A DNA stretch of 64,000 nt from Dehalococcoidia bacterium (GTDB taxonomy: Bacteria; Chloroflexota; Dehalococcoidia; Lucifugimonadales; Australimonadaceae). The notes under the pieces were generated by a model. It was given only the letters and a program-made list of their open reading frames with translations, ran no database searches and was not told where the DNA came from. The DNA lies in contig OZ220673.1 of NCBI GenBank assembly GCA_965116305.1, positions 845,705 through 909,704 on the forward strand, written 5' to 3'. Position 1 is the first letter of the stretch. Each line of letters starts with the position of its first letter. The position numbers and the translations under genes were made by a program. Positions 47,176 to 56,178 of the stretch are shown piece by piece.

Positions 47176-48804
47176 CTACAACCCCGTGATGTTGCCTTTG
47201 CTGTCCACGTCCAGCGCGCGCGGGGTGCCGGGCAGGCCGGGCATCGTGACGATGTTGCCCGCGATGGGGTAGACGAACCCCGCGCCCGTCGATGCCCGCA
47301 CGTCCGATATCTCGAAAGTGTAGTTCGTGGGCCGGTTCTTCAGCGCCGGGTCGTGCGAGATGGAGAGCGGCGTCTTCGCCATGCAGATGGGCATGCCGCC
47401 GAGCCCCTGCTCCTCGAACCGGTCGAGCTGCCGCGACGCCTGCGCGCTCCAGCGCACGTCCGACGCCCCGTAGACCGTCTCCGCGAGCACACGCACCTTC
47501 TCGCGCAGCGGAGCGTCGAGCGGGTAGAGCCACCGTGCCCGGGGCGGCCCTGGCTCGGAGGTGCGCACGACCGCCTCCGCCAGCTCGACCGCGCCTTCGC
47601 CGCCGTCCTCGAAGCCGCTGCAGACGACCGCTGCCGCCGCTCCCGCCTCGATCGCCGCGTCCTGCATCACCACCGTCTCCTCCGGTGTGTCGGACGGGAA
47701 GTGGTTGATGGCCACGACGACCGGCAGGCCCAGCTTGCGCACGACGCCGACGAGGTGTTGGAGGTTCGCGCAGCCGATGCGTACGGACAGCGGGTCGGGG
47801 TAGTCCAGGTCCTTGATCCCGACGCCGCCGTGGTGCTTCATTGCCCGCACGGTGCCGACGAGCACCGCCGCGCTCGGGCGCAGCCCGCTGGTGCGGCACT
47901 TGATGTGCATGAACTTCTCGAAGCCGAGGTCCGCGCCGAACCCCGCCTCGGTGACGACGTAGTCCGCGTAGCCGAGCGCGAGCCGGTCCGCGACGACTGA
48001 GCTGCAGCCGTGTGCGATGTTGCCGAACGGCCCGGTGTGAACGAACGAGGGCTGTCCCTCCGTGGTCTGCACCATGTTCGGGAGGATGGCGTGCCGGAGC
48101 AGCGCCATGAGCGAGCCGACCGCCCCCACGTCCTCAGCCGTCACGCGCGCTCCGCCGCTGCCCGTGGCGACCGTGATCCTGCCGAGGCGGACGCGCAGGT
48201 CGTCCAGCCCGGACGAGAGCGCGAGCACGGCCATGATCTCGGATGCCGTGACGATGTCGAACCCGGTCTCGCGCAACGGAGCGTTCGCCGAGCCGCCGAG
48301 GCCGGAGACGATGCTGCGCAGCGCGCGGTCCTCGATGTCCACGACGCGCCGCCAGGTGATGTCGGACGGCTTCGCGCCGGCGATGCGCCCGCGGTAGATG
48401 ACGTTCTCCGCGAGCGCGCCGAGCAGGTTGTGCGCCGAGGAGACGGCGTGGGCGTCACCGGTGAAGTGGACGTTGATCTCGTCCTCCGGTATGACGCGCG
48501 CCATGCCGCCGCCCGTGCCGCCGCCCTTGATGCCGAATATCGGGCCGAGCGACGGCTCGCGGAGCGTCGTCACGACGCTCTTGCCGATCTTCCCCAGCCC
48601 CTGTGTGAGCCCGACGCTCGTGGTCGTCTTGCCCTCGCCCGCGGGCGTGGGGTTAACCCCTGTCACGACGATGAGCTTGCCCTTCTGCTCCGGGCGCATC
48701 GCCTCCAGCGACACCTTCGCCTTCGTGTCGCCGAACGGAATGAGGTGCTTCGGAGCGATGCCAAGGCCCCGCGCCACCTCTCCTATGGGTCGTAGCTCAT
48801 CCAT
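47176..48804 (-). CDS. fhs: Formate--tetrahydrofolate ligase
   Basis: PTPAGEGKTT, REPSLGP.FGIKGG, HFTGD, GPFGNIAHG, TEAGFGADLG.EKF, TMPGLP. Confidence 0.95.
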   Translation of the reverse strand: MDELRPIGEVARGLGIAPKHLIPFGDTKAKVSLEAMRPEQKGKLIVVTGVNPTPAGEGKTTTSVGLTQGLGKIGKSVVTTLREPSLGPIFGIKGGGTGGGMARVIPEDEINVHFTGDAHAVSSAHNLLGALAENVIYRGRIAGAKPSDITWRRVVDIEDRALRSIVSGLGGSANAPLRETGFDIVTASEIMAVLALSSGLDDLRVRLGRITVATGSGGARVTAEDVGAVGSLMALLRHAILPNMVQTTEGQPSFVHTGPFGNIAHGCSSVVADRLALGYADYVVTEAGFGADLGFEKFMHIKCRTSGLRPSAAVLVGTVRAMKHHGGVGIKDLDYPDPLSVRIGCANLQHLVGVVRKLGLPVVVAINHFPSDTPEETVVMQDAAIEAGAAAAVVCSGFEDGGEGAVELAEAVVRTSEPGPPRARWLYPLDAPLREKVRVLAETVYGASDVRWSAQASRQLDRFEEQGLGGMPICMAKTPLSISHDPALKNRPTNYTFEISDVRASTGAGFVYPIAGNIVTMPGLPGTPRALDVDSKGNITGL

Positions 48805-48812
48805 GTATCCCT

Positions 48813-49132
48813 TCCGTCGTTCCCGCCCTTCCTCGTCATTCCCGCGAAGGCGGGAATCCAGCGCGCGGAGCGCCCATGTGCAACCTCTCCCCTCCAGGGA
48901 GAGGTTGCCGCGCGGTAGCGGGGCGGGTGAGGGTGAACGTCATTCCCGCGTAGGCGGGAATCCAGTGCGCGGCCAGTGAGCCGCGCGTGGTGTAGGGCAG
49001 GGTGGCTTGTCATTCCGAGCGCAGCGCAGCGGAGCCTCGCGCTTTGGCGCGCGGAATCCTCTCGGGCGTGTATCCTCACCTCTCCCTTGGGGAGAGGTCG
49101 CCGCGCGGTAGCGGGGCGGGTGAGGGTGAGGC
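48813..49132 (+). repeat. Mosaic palindromic repeat cluster
   Basis: Two ATTCCC-N8-GGGAAT units, two A modules, and gtcattccgagcgcagc...ggaatc. Confidence 0.92.
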
Positions 49133-49137
49133 CCTGC

Positions 49138-51366
49138 CTACGCATTCTGCAACGCCTCGTAGACCTTCTCCGCCGTCGCTGGCAGGTCGCGTACGCGCAC
49201 CCCGCAGGCGTCCGCGATGGCGTTCGCGATAGCCGCCGCCGTCGGCGCGTTGGGGCTCTCGCCGATCGCCTTGATGTTGTACGGCCCGACGCCTTTGCCC
49301 GGCGTGTCGAGAACGACCGTCGTCAGTTCGGGGATATCGGCGATGTTCGGTATCTTGTAGTCCGCGAACGACAGCGTGGAGATGAAGCCGTTCTCGCGCA
49401 CCAGCTCCTCCTGCAGACCGAAGCCGATGCCCATCATGGCGCCGCCGTTGATCTGACCCTGGTGGCCGAGCGGGTTGATGATCGTGCCCGTGTCGTGCAC
49501 GGTCGTCAGCTTCGTCAAGCGTATCTGGCCGGTCTCTGCGTCGACCTCGACCTCGGCTATCTGCGCGCAGTAGCCGGTGACCGGGTTCTCGTAGCCGCCC
49601 GAGGCGACGCCGCGCCCGACGACGGGCGTGCCCACGCGCGCGATGAGGTTGCTCCACGGCTGCGACTCGCCGGTGTCCGTCCGCACGAGCATCTGCCCCT
49701 GCACGACGAGCTTCTCCTCCGGCCAGTTCTGCAACTCCGCCGCGAGCTTGAACAGCTCTTCCTGCGCCTGCCCGACGGCGTCGTGCGTGGCGACCGTGCC
49801 GAGGTTCGTGACGCGGCTGCCGCCCACGCCCTGGTCCATGTCGAACAGGCCCGTGTCGGCGACGACCATCCGCACGGCGTCGGCGGGGAGGCCGAGGTCC
49901 TCGGCCACGACCTGCTGGAGCACCGTGTACGCGCCCGCGCCCTGCTCGAAGAGGGGAGTGGTGATGAGGACGGAGCCGTCCGCCTCCATCGACACCTGCG
50001 AGTTGATGCGTCCGCCGCCCGGCGGGCGTTCGCCGACCGAGACGCCACGGCCAACGCCTGCCGCCTTCGGCGCGTTGTAGCCCGACGCCTCTACCGCCGA
50101 CTGCAGCGCCTCCGCTGCCCGGTTCTCGACGAACACGTCGCCGAGCGCGGTCGGCTCGCCGTCCTCGACGAGGTTCATCAGGCGGAACTGCACGGGGTCC
50201 ATGTCGAGCGCCTTCGCGACCTCGTCGATGTGCGATTCGAGAGCGAAGACGGCCTGCGGCTCGCCCGGCCCGCGCATGTGCCCGCACGGCGTGTTGTGCG
50301 TGTAGACCATGTCCTCCACCACGCGCGCGTTTTCCGTTCGGTAAGGTCCGCCCGCCGCCTTCGCGCCGCCGAGGTGCCCCGCGGGCTTGAACCCTGCGTA
50401 AGCGCCGCTGTCGAACACGATGGCCACGTCGTGTGCGGTGATGGAGCCGTCCTTCTTGACGCCGGTGCGCATCCGCAGCTTGGAGTAGTGGCGCGGGTTC
50501 GCGGCCAGGAACTCCTCGGCGTAGTCGAACACCATCCGCACCGGCCTCCCGCCGACAGCCTTCGAGAGCACGTACCCCAGCGCGACGTTCATCGGCGAGC
50601 CTTTGCCGCCGAAGTCGCCGCCGATGGTCACCGGGTGGAAGACGATGCTCTCCGGCTCGACCCCCAGCGGCCCCGAGATCTGCGAGCGCACCGCGTACGG
50701 CGCCTTGCCGGGCGTCCACACCTCGGCCGTGCCGTCCGGGTTCACGCGCACCGTGGCGTTGTGCGCTTCCATGTACGTCTGGTGCTGCGACGGCGTCGTG
50801 TACGTGTTCTCGACGACGAGGTCGGCTTCCTTGAGGCCGGCCTCCACGTCGCCCTTGGCCCACTCGAAGTGCACCACGACGTTGGTAGGCTCGTTCACCT
50901 CGTACAGCAGGCCCTTGAACCCGTGCATGTCCGGGTTCACGAGGATCTCGTTCTTCATCGCCTCCTCGGGGTCGGTGACCGCGGGCAACTCCTCGTAGTC
51001 GACCTCGATCAGCTCGAGCGCACGCTGCGCGATCTCCTCGTCGTCCGCGACCACCGCCGCCACCTGCTCGCCGACGAACCGCACCTCGCCCTGCGCGAGC
51101 ACGGGCACGTCGACGATGCGGCGTCCCCAGCGCATGTTGTCGGGGATGTCGTCGCCGGTGAGCACCGCGTGGACGCCCGGCAGCGCCTTCGCGGCGGACG
51201 TGTCGATGCCGCGTATGCGCGCGTGCGGGAAGGGGCTGCGGAGGGTCTTCGCCCACAGCGTGCCCGGGATCTCGAAGTCGGCGCCGTAGTTGGCTGAGCC
51301 GGTTACCTTGTCGCGTCCGTCGATGCGGGGTACGGGCGCGCCAACGACGCGTGGTGCGGTGGTCAT
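49138..51366 (-). CDS. Xanthine dehydrogenase family molybdopterin-binding subunit
   Basis: Start MTTAPRVVG (51366); KVTGSA, GGDFGGK, MRGPG, GQINGG, KAIGE. Confidence 0.9.
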   Translation of the reverse strand: MTTAPRVVGAPVPRIDGRDKVTGSANYGADFEIPGTLWAKTLRSPFPHARIRGIDTSAAKALPGVHAVLTGDDIPDNMRWGRRIVDVPVLAQGEVRFVGEQVAAVVADDEEIAQRALELIEVDYEELPAVTDPEEAMKNEILVNPDMHGFKGLLYEVNEPTNVVVHFEWAKGDVEAGLKEADLVVENTYTTPSQHQTYMEAHNATVRVNPDGTAEVWTPGKAPYAVRSQISGPLGVEPESIVFHPVTIGGDFGGKGSPMNVALGYVLSKAVGGRPVRMVFDYAEEFLAANPRHYSKLRMRTGVKKDGSITAHDVAIVFDSGAYAGFKPAGHLGGAKAAGGPYRTENARVVEDMVYTHNTPCGHMRGPGEPQAVFALESHIDEVAKALDMDPVQFRLMNLVEDGEPTALGDVFVENRAAEALQSAVEASGYNAPKAAGVGRGVSVGERPPGGGRINSQVSMEADGSVLITTPLFEQGAGAYTVLQQVVAEDLGLPADAVRMVVADTGLFDMDQGVGGSRVTNLGTVATHDAVGQAQEELFKLAAELQNWPEEKLVVQGQMLVRTDTGESQPWSNLIARVGTPVVGRGVASGGYENPVTGYCAQIAEVEVDAETGQIRLTKLTTVHDTGTIINPLGHQGQINGGAMMGIGFGLQEELVRENGFISTLSFADYKIPNIADIPELTTVVLDTPGKGVGPYNIKAIGESPNAPTAAAIANAIADACGVRVRDLPATAEKVYEALQNA

Positions 51367-51448
51367 GTGTTCTCTCTCCTGCCGTTGTGGTGTATGGCGG
51401 CGCGTAGCATAGCAAACCACGCGCAAGCGGGCAGGCGGGGCGCATGGT

Positions 51449-51730
51449 CCCCTCTCCCTACAAGGGGAGAGGGCTAGGGTGAGGGTACTGCGGGCGAGGC
51501 GCGGAGCCTCGTCGTTCCCGCGCTTTAGCGCGCAACCTCGCCTCCCCACCTCTCCTGAGGGAGAGGTCGACGCGCTCGCGCGGCGGGTGAGGGCCCTGTG
51601 TGGCGGTGTGGTGCTGGGAGTCTTGTCATGCAGAGCGGAGCGCAGCGGAGTCGAAGCATCTCTCGGGTTATGCTTGTCCCCACCTCTCCTGAGGGAGAGG
51701 TCGACGCGCTTGCGCGGCGGGTGAGGGCCC
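51449..51730 (+). repeat. Mosaic palindromic repeat cluster
   Basis: A' and B-with-insert modules; two near-identical A copies of about 52 bp (51545, 51678) flanking gtcatgcagagcggagcgcagcggagtcgaagcatct. Confidence 0.92.
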
Positions 51731-51807
51731 CTGCGGTGGCCGGGACGTGAGGAGCGCCTGCCGTAGTACACTCCCCGCCGCACCCCCTGCACAGGAAGGA
51801 GCCATGA

Positions 51808-52251
51808 ATGAGGATCGAGCTGACCAGCATCCACGTGAACGACCAGGACAAGGCGCTGGCGTTCTACACCGGGGTGCTGGGCTTCGTGAAGAAGGAAGAA
51901 TTCCCCGTGGGGCAGTTCAAGTGGCTGACGGTCGTCTCGCCCGAGGCGCCGGACGCTGCCGAGTTGCTCCTGGAACCGAACGACAACGCCGCCGCGCAGG
52001 CGTACCAGCAGGCGATCTACGAGCAAGGCATCCCGCACGCGGCGTTCGCGGTCGACGACATCCAGGCGGAGTACGAACGACTCGCCGGGCTGGGCGTCGT
52101 GTTCTCGATCAAACCGATCGAAGCCGCAGGCGGTGCGCAGGCCATCTTCGACGACACGTGCGGCAACCGCATAATGATCTACGAGGTGCCGCTGGGGCGG
52201 GTAGGGCGAAGAAACCCTGAGGTGAGTCGCGATTCGCTACGAACCGGATGA
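51808..52251 (+). CDS. VOC/glyoxalase family protein
   Basis: DQDKALAFYTGVLGF, WLTVVSP, FDDTCGN. Confidence 0.88.
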   Translation: MRIELTSIHVNDQDKALAFYTGVLGFVKKEEFPVGQFKWLTVVSPEAPDAAELLLEPNDNAAAQAYQQAIYEQGIPHAAFAVDDIQAEYERLAGLGVVFSIKPIEAAGGAQAIFDDTCGNRIMIYEVPLGRVGRRNPEVSRDSLRTG

Positions 52252-52267
52252 GAAGTGTCCGCCATCG

Positions 52268-53938
52268 GTGGCGGTAACTTCGGCGGCGCAGATATTCGTA
52301 CCCAACACCATCGCCCTCGTCATGTTGGCGGTGCTGGTGATACGGGCAGCCGGCGAGTCCGATGCCTACCTGGAGTGGGCGGTATTTGCCGCCCTCGTGG
52401 CCTCCGGGGCAGGTATGGTCCTGCACGCCTTCCGGTTCCGGTATCTGGGTTCCGGCCGCCTGATCGTCACGAACTTCAACGTTCCGTTCCTGACGGTCTG
52501 CGCCCTGGCTCTCCACGCTGGCGGGCCTCGTCTGCTGGCGAGCCTGCTGGTGGCTTCCACGCTGCTCCAACTCGTTCTGACCCTCCGGCTTGCCTCCCTC
52601 CGCCGGGTCTTTACGCAGACGGTGAGCGGGGTGGTGATCATGCTGGTGGCGGCTTCGGCCATGCCCTTTGTGATAAGCACCGCCGTCGTCCCGCCGGAAG
52701 GCGCATCGACCATGCTCTTCATGGCGCCGGGGGCGGTTGCCCTGGCCGTCGGTGTCTTCATCTCCCTGCAGGGGACCCCGGCATGGCGCATGTGGATACT
52801 GCCGGCCACCGTGGCCGCCGGGCTGGTGGTGGCCGTACCCCTCGGCTACTACGACGCGGCTATCATCGTCGACGCTCCGTGGGTGAGCCTGCCCGACTTC
52901 GGATGGCCGGGGCTGGACCTCACCTTCGACACAGACTTCTGGACCCTGCTTCCGGCCTTCGTATTCGTGAACCTCACCGCCTTCATGAAAGCGGTGGGGG
53001 ACCTGTCGGTGATCTATCGCGCCTCCTACCGGAACGATTCGGCCATCGACTTCCGCTCGGTGCAGGGAGGTTTGGGCGTGTACGGCCTGGGCACCCTCCT
53101 GTCGGGCTTCGTGGGGACATTGCCCGTCGCCGCGCCATGGGCAGCCACCGTGGTCTACATCGGCTTTACCGGCGTCGCCGCGAAGAGCGTCGGGATATAC
53201 CTGGGGCTGTTGACCGTCCTGGTGGCCCCCTTCTCCAAGCTGCTTGCCGTACTGGTCGCCATTCCCAGCCCCGTGGTCAGTGCGGTGTACGTCATCATCT
53301 TCGGTATGCTCTTCGTCGAAGGCGCGAAGACGGTCTTCACGGGCCGGGTTGACCAGAAGAAGGCCACCATCGCCGGCGTTTCCATGGTGTTGGGCCTCTC
53401 CGCCGGGGCTTTCAGCGGGTTCGTCGAAGGGATCACCAGTCAGCTGGTGGGTAATACGCTCTTCTTCGGCGGCATGACGGCCATAGCCATGACCGTATTC
53501 TCCGAACTGTCGGGCTCCCGCCCCGGGAAACTGCGGATCGACCTGGCCCAGTCCTCTCTCCCTGCCGTTGACGATTTCCTCGGCCGGTTCGCCGACAGGC
53601 ACTCCTGGACGGAGGAGGGGAAGGACCGGCTGCGCCTGGTGGGAGAAGAGGTGATGCTGAGCCTCCTGGAGGGAGAGAACGGCGGCACGGACGGTCGGAC
53701 GCGCAGGCTGGTCGCGACGATCCGCCCCGAAGGCGCTGCCGCCGAGCTCGAGATCGTCGTCGCTTCGGACGACGTCATCCAAGGGAATATCGAGGACCGG
53801 ATGGCCTATCTGGACGAGAGCCAGGCGCTGGAAGACGAGCAGGAGCTCTCCATCCGCATCCTGCGCCACTACGCGTCGTCGGTGCACCACCGCAAGTATT
53901 ACGGCATAGACGTCGTCAGCTGCCGCGTGGACAGGTAG
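52268..53938 (+). CDS. NCS2 (xanthine/uracil/vitamin C) permease-like protein with a C-terminal cytoplasmic domain
   Basis: Many TM segments; VSGVVIMLV, FTGVAAK, IPSPV; about 140-aa soluble C-terminal domain; start uncertain. Confidence 0.78.
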   Translation: MAVTSAAQIFVPNTIALVMLAVLVIRAAGESDAYLEWAVFAALVASGAGMVLHAFRFRYLGSGRLIVTNFNVPFLTVCALALHAGGPRLLASLLVASTLLQLVLTLRLASLRRVFTQTVSGVVIMLVAASAMPFVISTAVVPPEGASTMLFMAPGAVALAVGVFISLQGTPAWRMWILPATVAAGLVVAVPLGYYDAAIIVDAPWVSLPDFGWPGLDLTFDTDFWTLLPAFVFVNLTAFMKAVGDLSVIYRASYRNDSAIDFRSVQGGLGVYGLGTLLSGFVGTLPVAAPWAATVVYIGFTGVAAKSVGIYLGLLTVLVAPFSKLLAVLVAIPSPVVSAVYVIIFGMLFVEGAKTVFTGRVDQKKATIAGVSMVLGLSAGAFSGFVEGITSQLVGNTLFFGGMTAIAMTVFSELSGSRPGKLRIDLAQSSLPAVDDFLGRFADRHSWTEEGKDRLRLVGEEVMLSLLEGENGGTDGRTRRLVATIRPEGAAAELEIVVASDDVIQGNIEDRMAYLDESQALEDEQELSIRILRHYASSVHHRKYYGIDVVSCRVDR

Positions 53939-54014
53939 CCCGCAGGGCTCCGGCTTCGCTCCTTGAGAGACCTCTGCAATAACCGGTGGGATAGATGCGG
54001 CGCGGGGTGCTTGG

Positions 54015-54180
54015 CCCCTTCCCCCTCGATGGGGGTGAACCGCCTGCGTGAGGGTAGTGTCTGACCCCCTCGCCCTCTGGGAGAGGGCAACGCGCCTTAG
54101 CGCGTGGGTGAGGGTTGGTGGCGGCGTGGGGGTGTCTGGCCCCTTCCCCCTCGATGGGGGAAGGCTGGGATGGGGGTGAA
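54015..54180 (+). repeat. Mosaic palindromic repeat cluster
   Basis: Two cccttccccctcgatggggg modules flanking an A-type module. Confidence 0.85.
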
Positions 54181-54205
54181 CAGGAGCAGGGGGAGAGAGT
54201 ACCGA

Positions 54206-54234
54206 AAGCGCGCGCCCGGACGGGGCGCGCGCTT
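54206..54234 (-). terminator. GC-rich hairpin downstream of the Cache gene
   Basis: aagcgcgcgccc-ggacg-gggcgcgcgctt 12-bp stem. Confidence 0.55.
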
Positions 54235-54259
54235 CTGACTGCGGTTGGCGTGGAACTCC

Positions 54260-55993
54260 CTAAGGTGCGGGGTCGCCCGGCTGGTCGTCGTAGTAGCGCG
54301 ACGTAAAGAGCAGCCCGTCGTGGCGCACGGCCCACGTGTGCGCGTATAGCGTCTCCGATGACCTGGTGTTCGGGAAAACGAAGCTGACCCAGGTGCCGTG
54401 TTCCGTGGCCGCCGTCATCTCTTCGCCGACGTTCCGGACCCTGCCCGCGCCGACTTCCTTCAAGTCGACGCCTACGAGGTGTTGGGCAAGGGGAGAGGTC
54501 AGGAGGATGTCGTTCTCATCGGCCAGCGTCAGGTTCCACTGGCCGTCGAAGCTGCCCTCGCTGCTGTAGTGGTCGACCGTGGCTTCCAGCCCGTTGGCCT
54601 GGTAGTAGTCGATGGCCTCCTGCACGTAGTCGACGGTCCGGCCCGCGGGGTCTTCGGCGCGCACGTAGTAGCCGGAGGCGAACAGCATCCCGTCCCGCCG
54701 TACTGCGTACCCCACCTTGGGGACTTCCTTGAGCGTTACCGGGTGGGGCCACAGGTACTCCACCCAGACTCCCTCGTCGGTGGCCTTGGCCAGCTCCTTG
54801 CCCAGTTCGTAGCCGTCGGAGCCGACCACATCCTTGATGTCCGTCCCTATGAGCTGCGGCAGCAGCGGGTGGACGTGGTAGATGTCGGCGGCGTCGGTCG
54901 CGAAGAGGTACCACTCGCCCTCGAAGCTGGCGACGCTGTTGTAGTAGTTGAGCATGGCTTCGAGGCCGTCCTGCTCGTAACGCTCCACGGCCCGCTCCAC
55001 GTACTCGACCGTGTACTCCATCGGGTCCGCGTCCCGCCAGGCCGGGTCGCCTGTTTCGGGCTCGCCTGCGTAGTAGCCGGAGGCGAATATCAGCCCGTCG
55101 TGCCGGACGGCCCAGGTCACCTTCTGCTGTTCCCTGCGGGAAACGGGGTGCGGCCACAGGTACTCGACCCATGCGCCTTCCTCAGTGGCCTGGGCTATCT
55201 CCTTACCCAGCTCTTGCCCGTCGGAGCCGACCACGTCCTTGATGTCGGTGCCGATGAGGTGAGGGAAGATGGGATGGGCCAGGTAGAGGTCGTCCTCGCC
55301 GATGAGGAACAGGTAGAACTGTCCGTCGAGGCTGCCCTGGCTGTTGTAGTGAGCGATGAGGGAATCGAGACCCTCGTTGTTGTATCTGTCTATCGCCTTG
55401 TTCACGTACTCCTGGGTAGAAGCCGCGATGTCTTCCACCAGGGCCGAGTGGCTGGAGGAGAAAACGAGTCCGTCGTGGAGGACGGCGAGGACCCGCCGTG
55501 GCTCTTCCTGCTTGGTAACCGGGTTGATGCCCCGGGTCGTGGCCCAGTCGCCTTCTCCGGTGGCCAGGTCTATCAGTCCCCCGAAGGCGCTGAATCGCGA
55601 CCCGGCGCCGACGTATTGACCCGACAGGGAGGCTATGGGCTGGTACGCCAGCAGCACGCTTTCGGCCTCGTCTATGAGGATCAGTGTTCTGCCGTTTTCG
55701 ATGCTCGCCTCGGACTTGTAGAACTCGACGGTGGCCTCACGTCCGTTCTTTCCGTAGTAGTCGATGGCCTTCGTCACATAGGCGTGGGTCAGGTCCTCGT
55801 CGGACGGAGCGGGTTCCGGCGTCGGGGTGGCCGTCGGCGCCGGGACTGGAGTGGCCGTGGGAGTCGGCATCGCAGTGGGGTCGGCGCTGCAGGCGATCGC
55901 AAGGACTGCCAGGCAGAACAGGGCTGGCAGGATGAGAATGATGCCCAGCCTGTCCGATGCTCTCCGGTACGCTGGTCCTGTCTGATTCGTCAT
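54260..55993 (-). CDS. Lipoprotein with four tandem single-Cache domains
   Basis: Lipobox LAIAC, Pro/Thr linker; four repeats of YV..AI..Y...G.......W..Y..P.......HDGL.F.S.Y. Confidence 0.82.
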   Translation of the reverse strand: MTNQTGPAYRRASDRLGIILILPALFCLAVLAIACSADPTAMPTPTATPVPAPTATPTPEPAPSDEDLTHAYVTKAIDYYGKNGREATVEFYKSEASIENGRTLILIDEAESVLLAYQPIASLSGQYVGAGSRFSAFGGLIDLATGEGDWATTRGINPVTKQEEPRRVLAVLHDGLVFSSSHSALVEDIAASTQEYVNKAIDRYNNEGLDSLIAHYNSQGSLDGQFYLFLIGEDDLYLAHPIFPHLIGTDIKDVVGSDGQELGKEIAQATEEGAWVEYLWPHPVSRREQQKVTWAVRHDGLIFASGYYAGEPETGDPAWRDADPMEYTVEYVERAVERYEQDGLEAMLNYYNSVASFEGEWYLFATDAADIYHVHPLLPQLIGTDIKDVVGSDGYELGKELAKATDEGVWVEYLWPHPVTLKEVPKVGYAVRRDGMLFASGYYVRAEDPAGRTVDYVQEAIDYYQANGLEATVDHYSSEGSFDGQWNLTLADENDILLTSPLAQHLVGVDLKEVGAGRVRNVGEEMTAATEHGTWVSFVFPNTRSSETLYAHTWAVRHDGLLFTSRYYDDQPGDPAP

Positions 55994-56178
55994 TGGTTCG
56001 TTTCGGGCGGTTAGCGATGGCACGGGATACCTCCATTTTCAACCCTACGATATTAGCCGATGGTGGTTCCTTGCTAAGTCTCAATAGAAGTATCAATACG
56101 CTCTGTCTTGCTTGCACTTACTCCCCACTCCGCTACACTCCCGCGGTGTGGCGCACGCAACACGATAGGAGGTGCGAC

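Noticed and set aside
48805-49137. THF or ZTP riboswitch upstream of fhs (also TPP riboswitch upstream of yjbQ)
   Set aside because: The fhs upstream region is fully explained by repeat modules, and no riboswitch consensus was recognisable at either site; an Rfam scan would settle it.
49138-51366. Aerobic CO dehydrogenase large subunit (coxL)
   Set aside because: The active-site loop reads GHMRGPG rather than AYXCSFR, and coxM/coxS are not adjacent.
46418-51730. Repeat clusters as a possible CRISPR array
   Set aside because: There is no constant repeat with regular unique spacers, the modules are heterogeneous, and no cas genes are present.
53967-53984. gagacctctgcaataacc, reminiscent of an IS5-like terminal inverted repeat
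   Set aside because: Single copy, with no matching opposite end or transposase in the window; the resemblance is from memory only.
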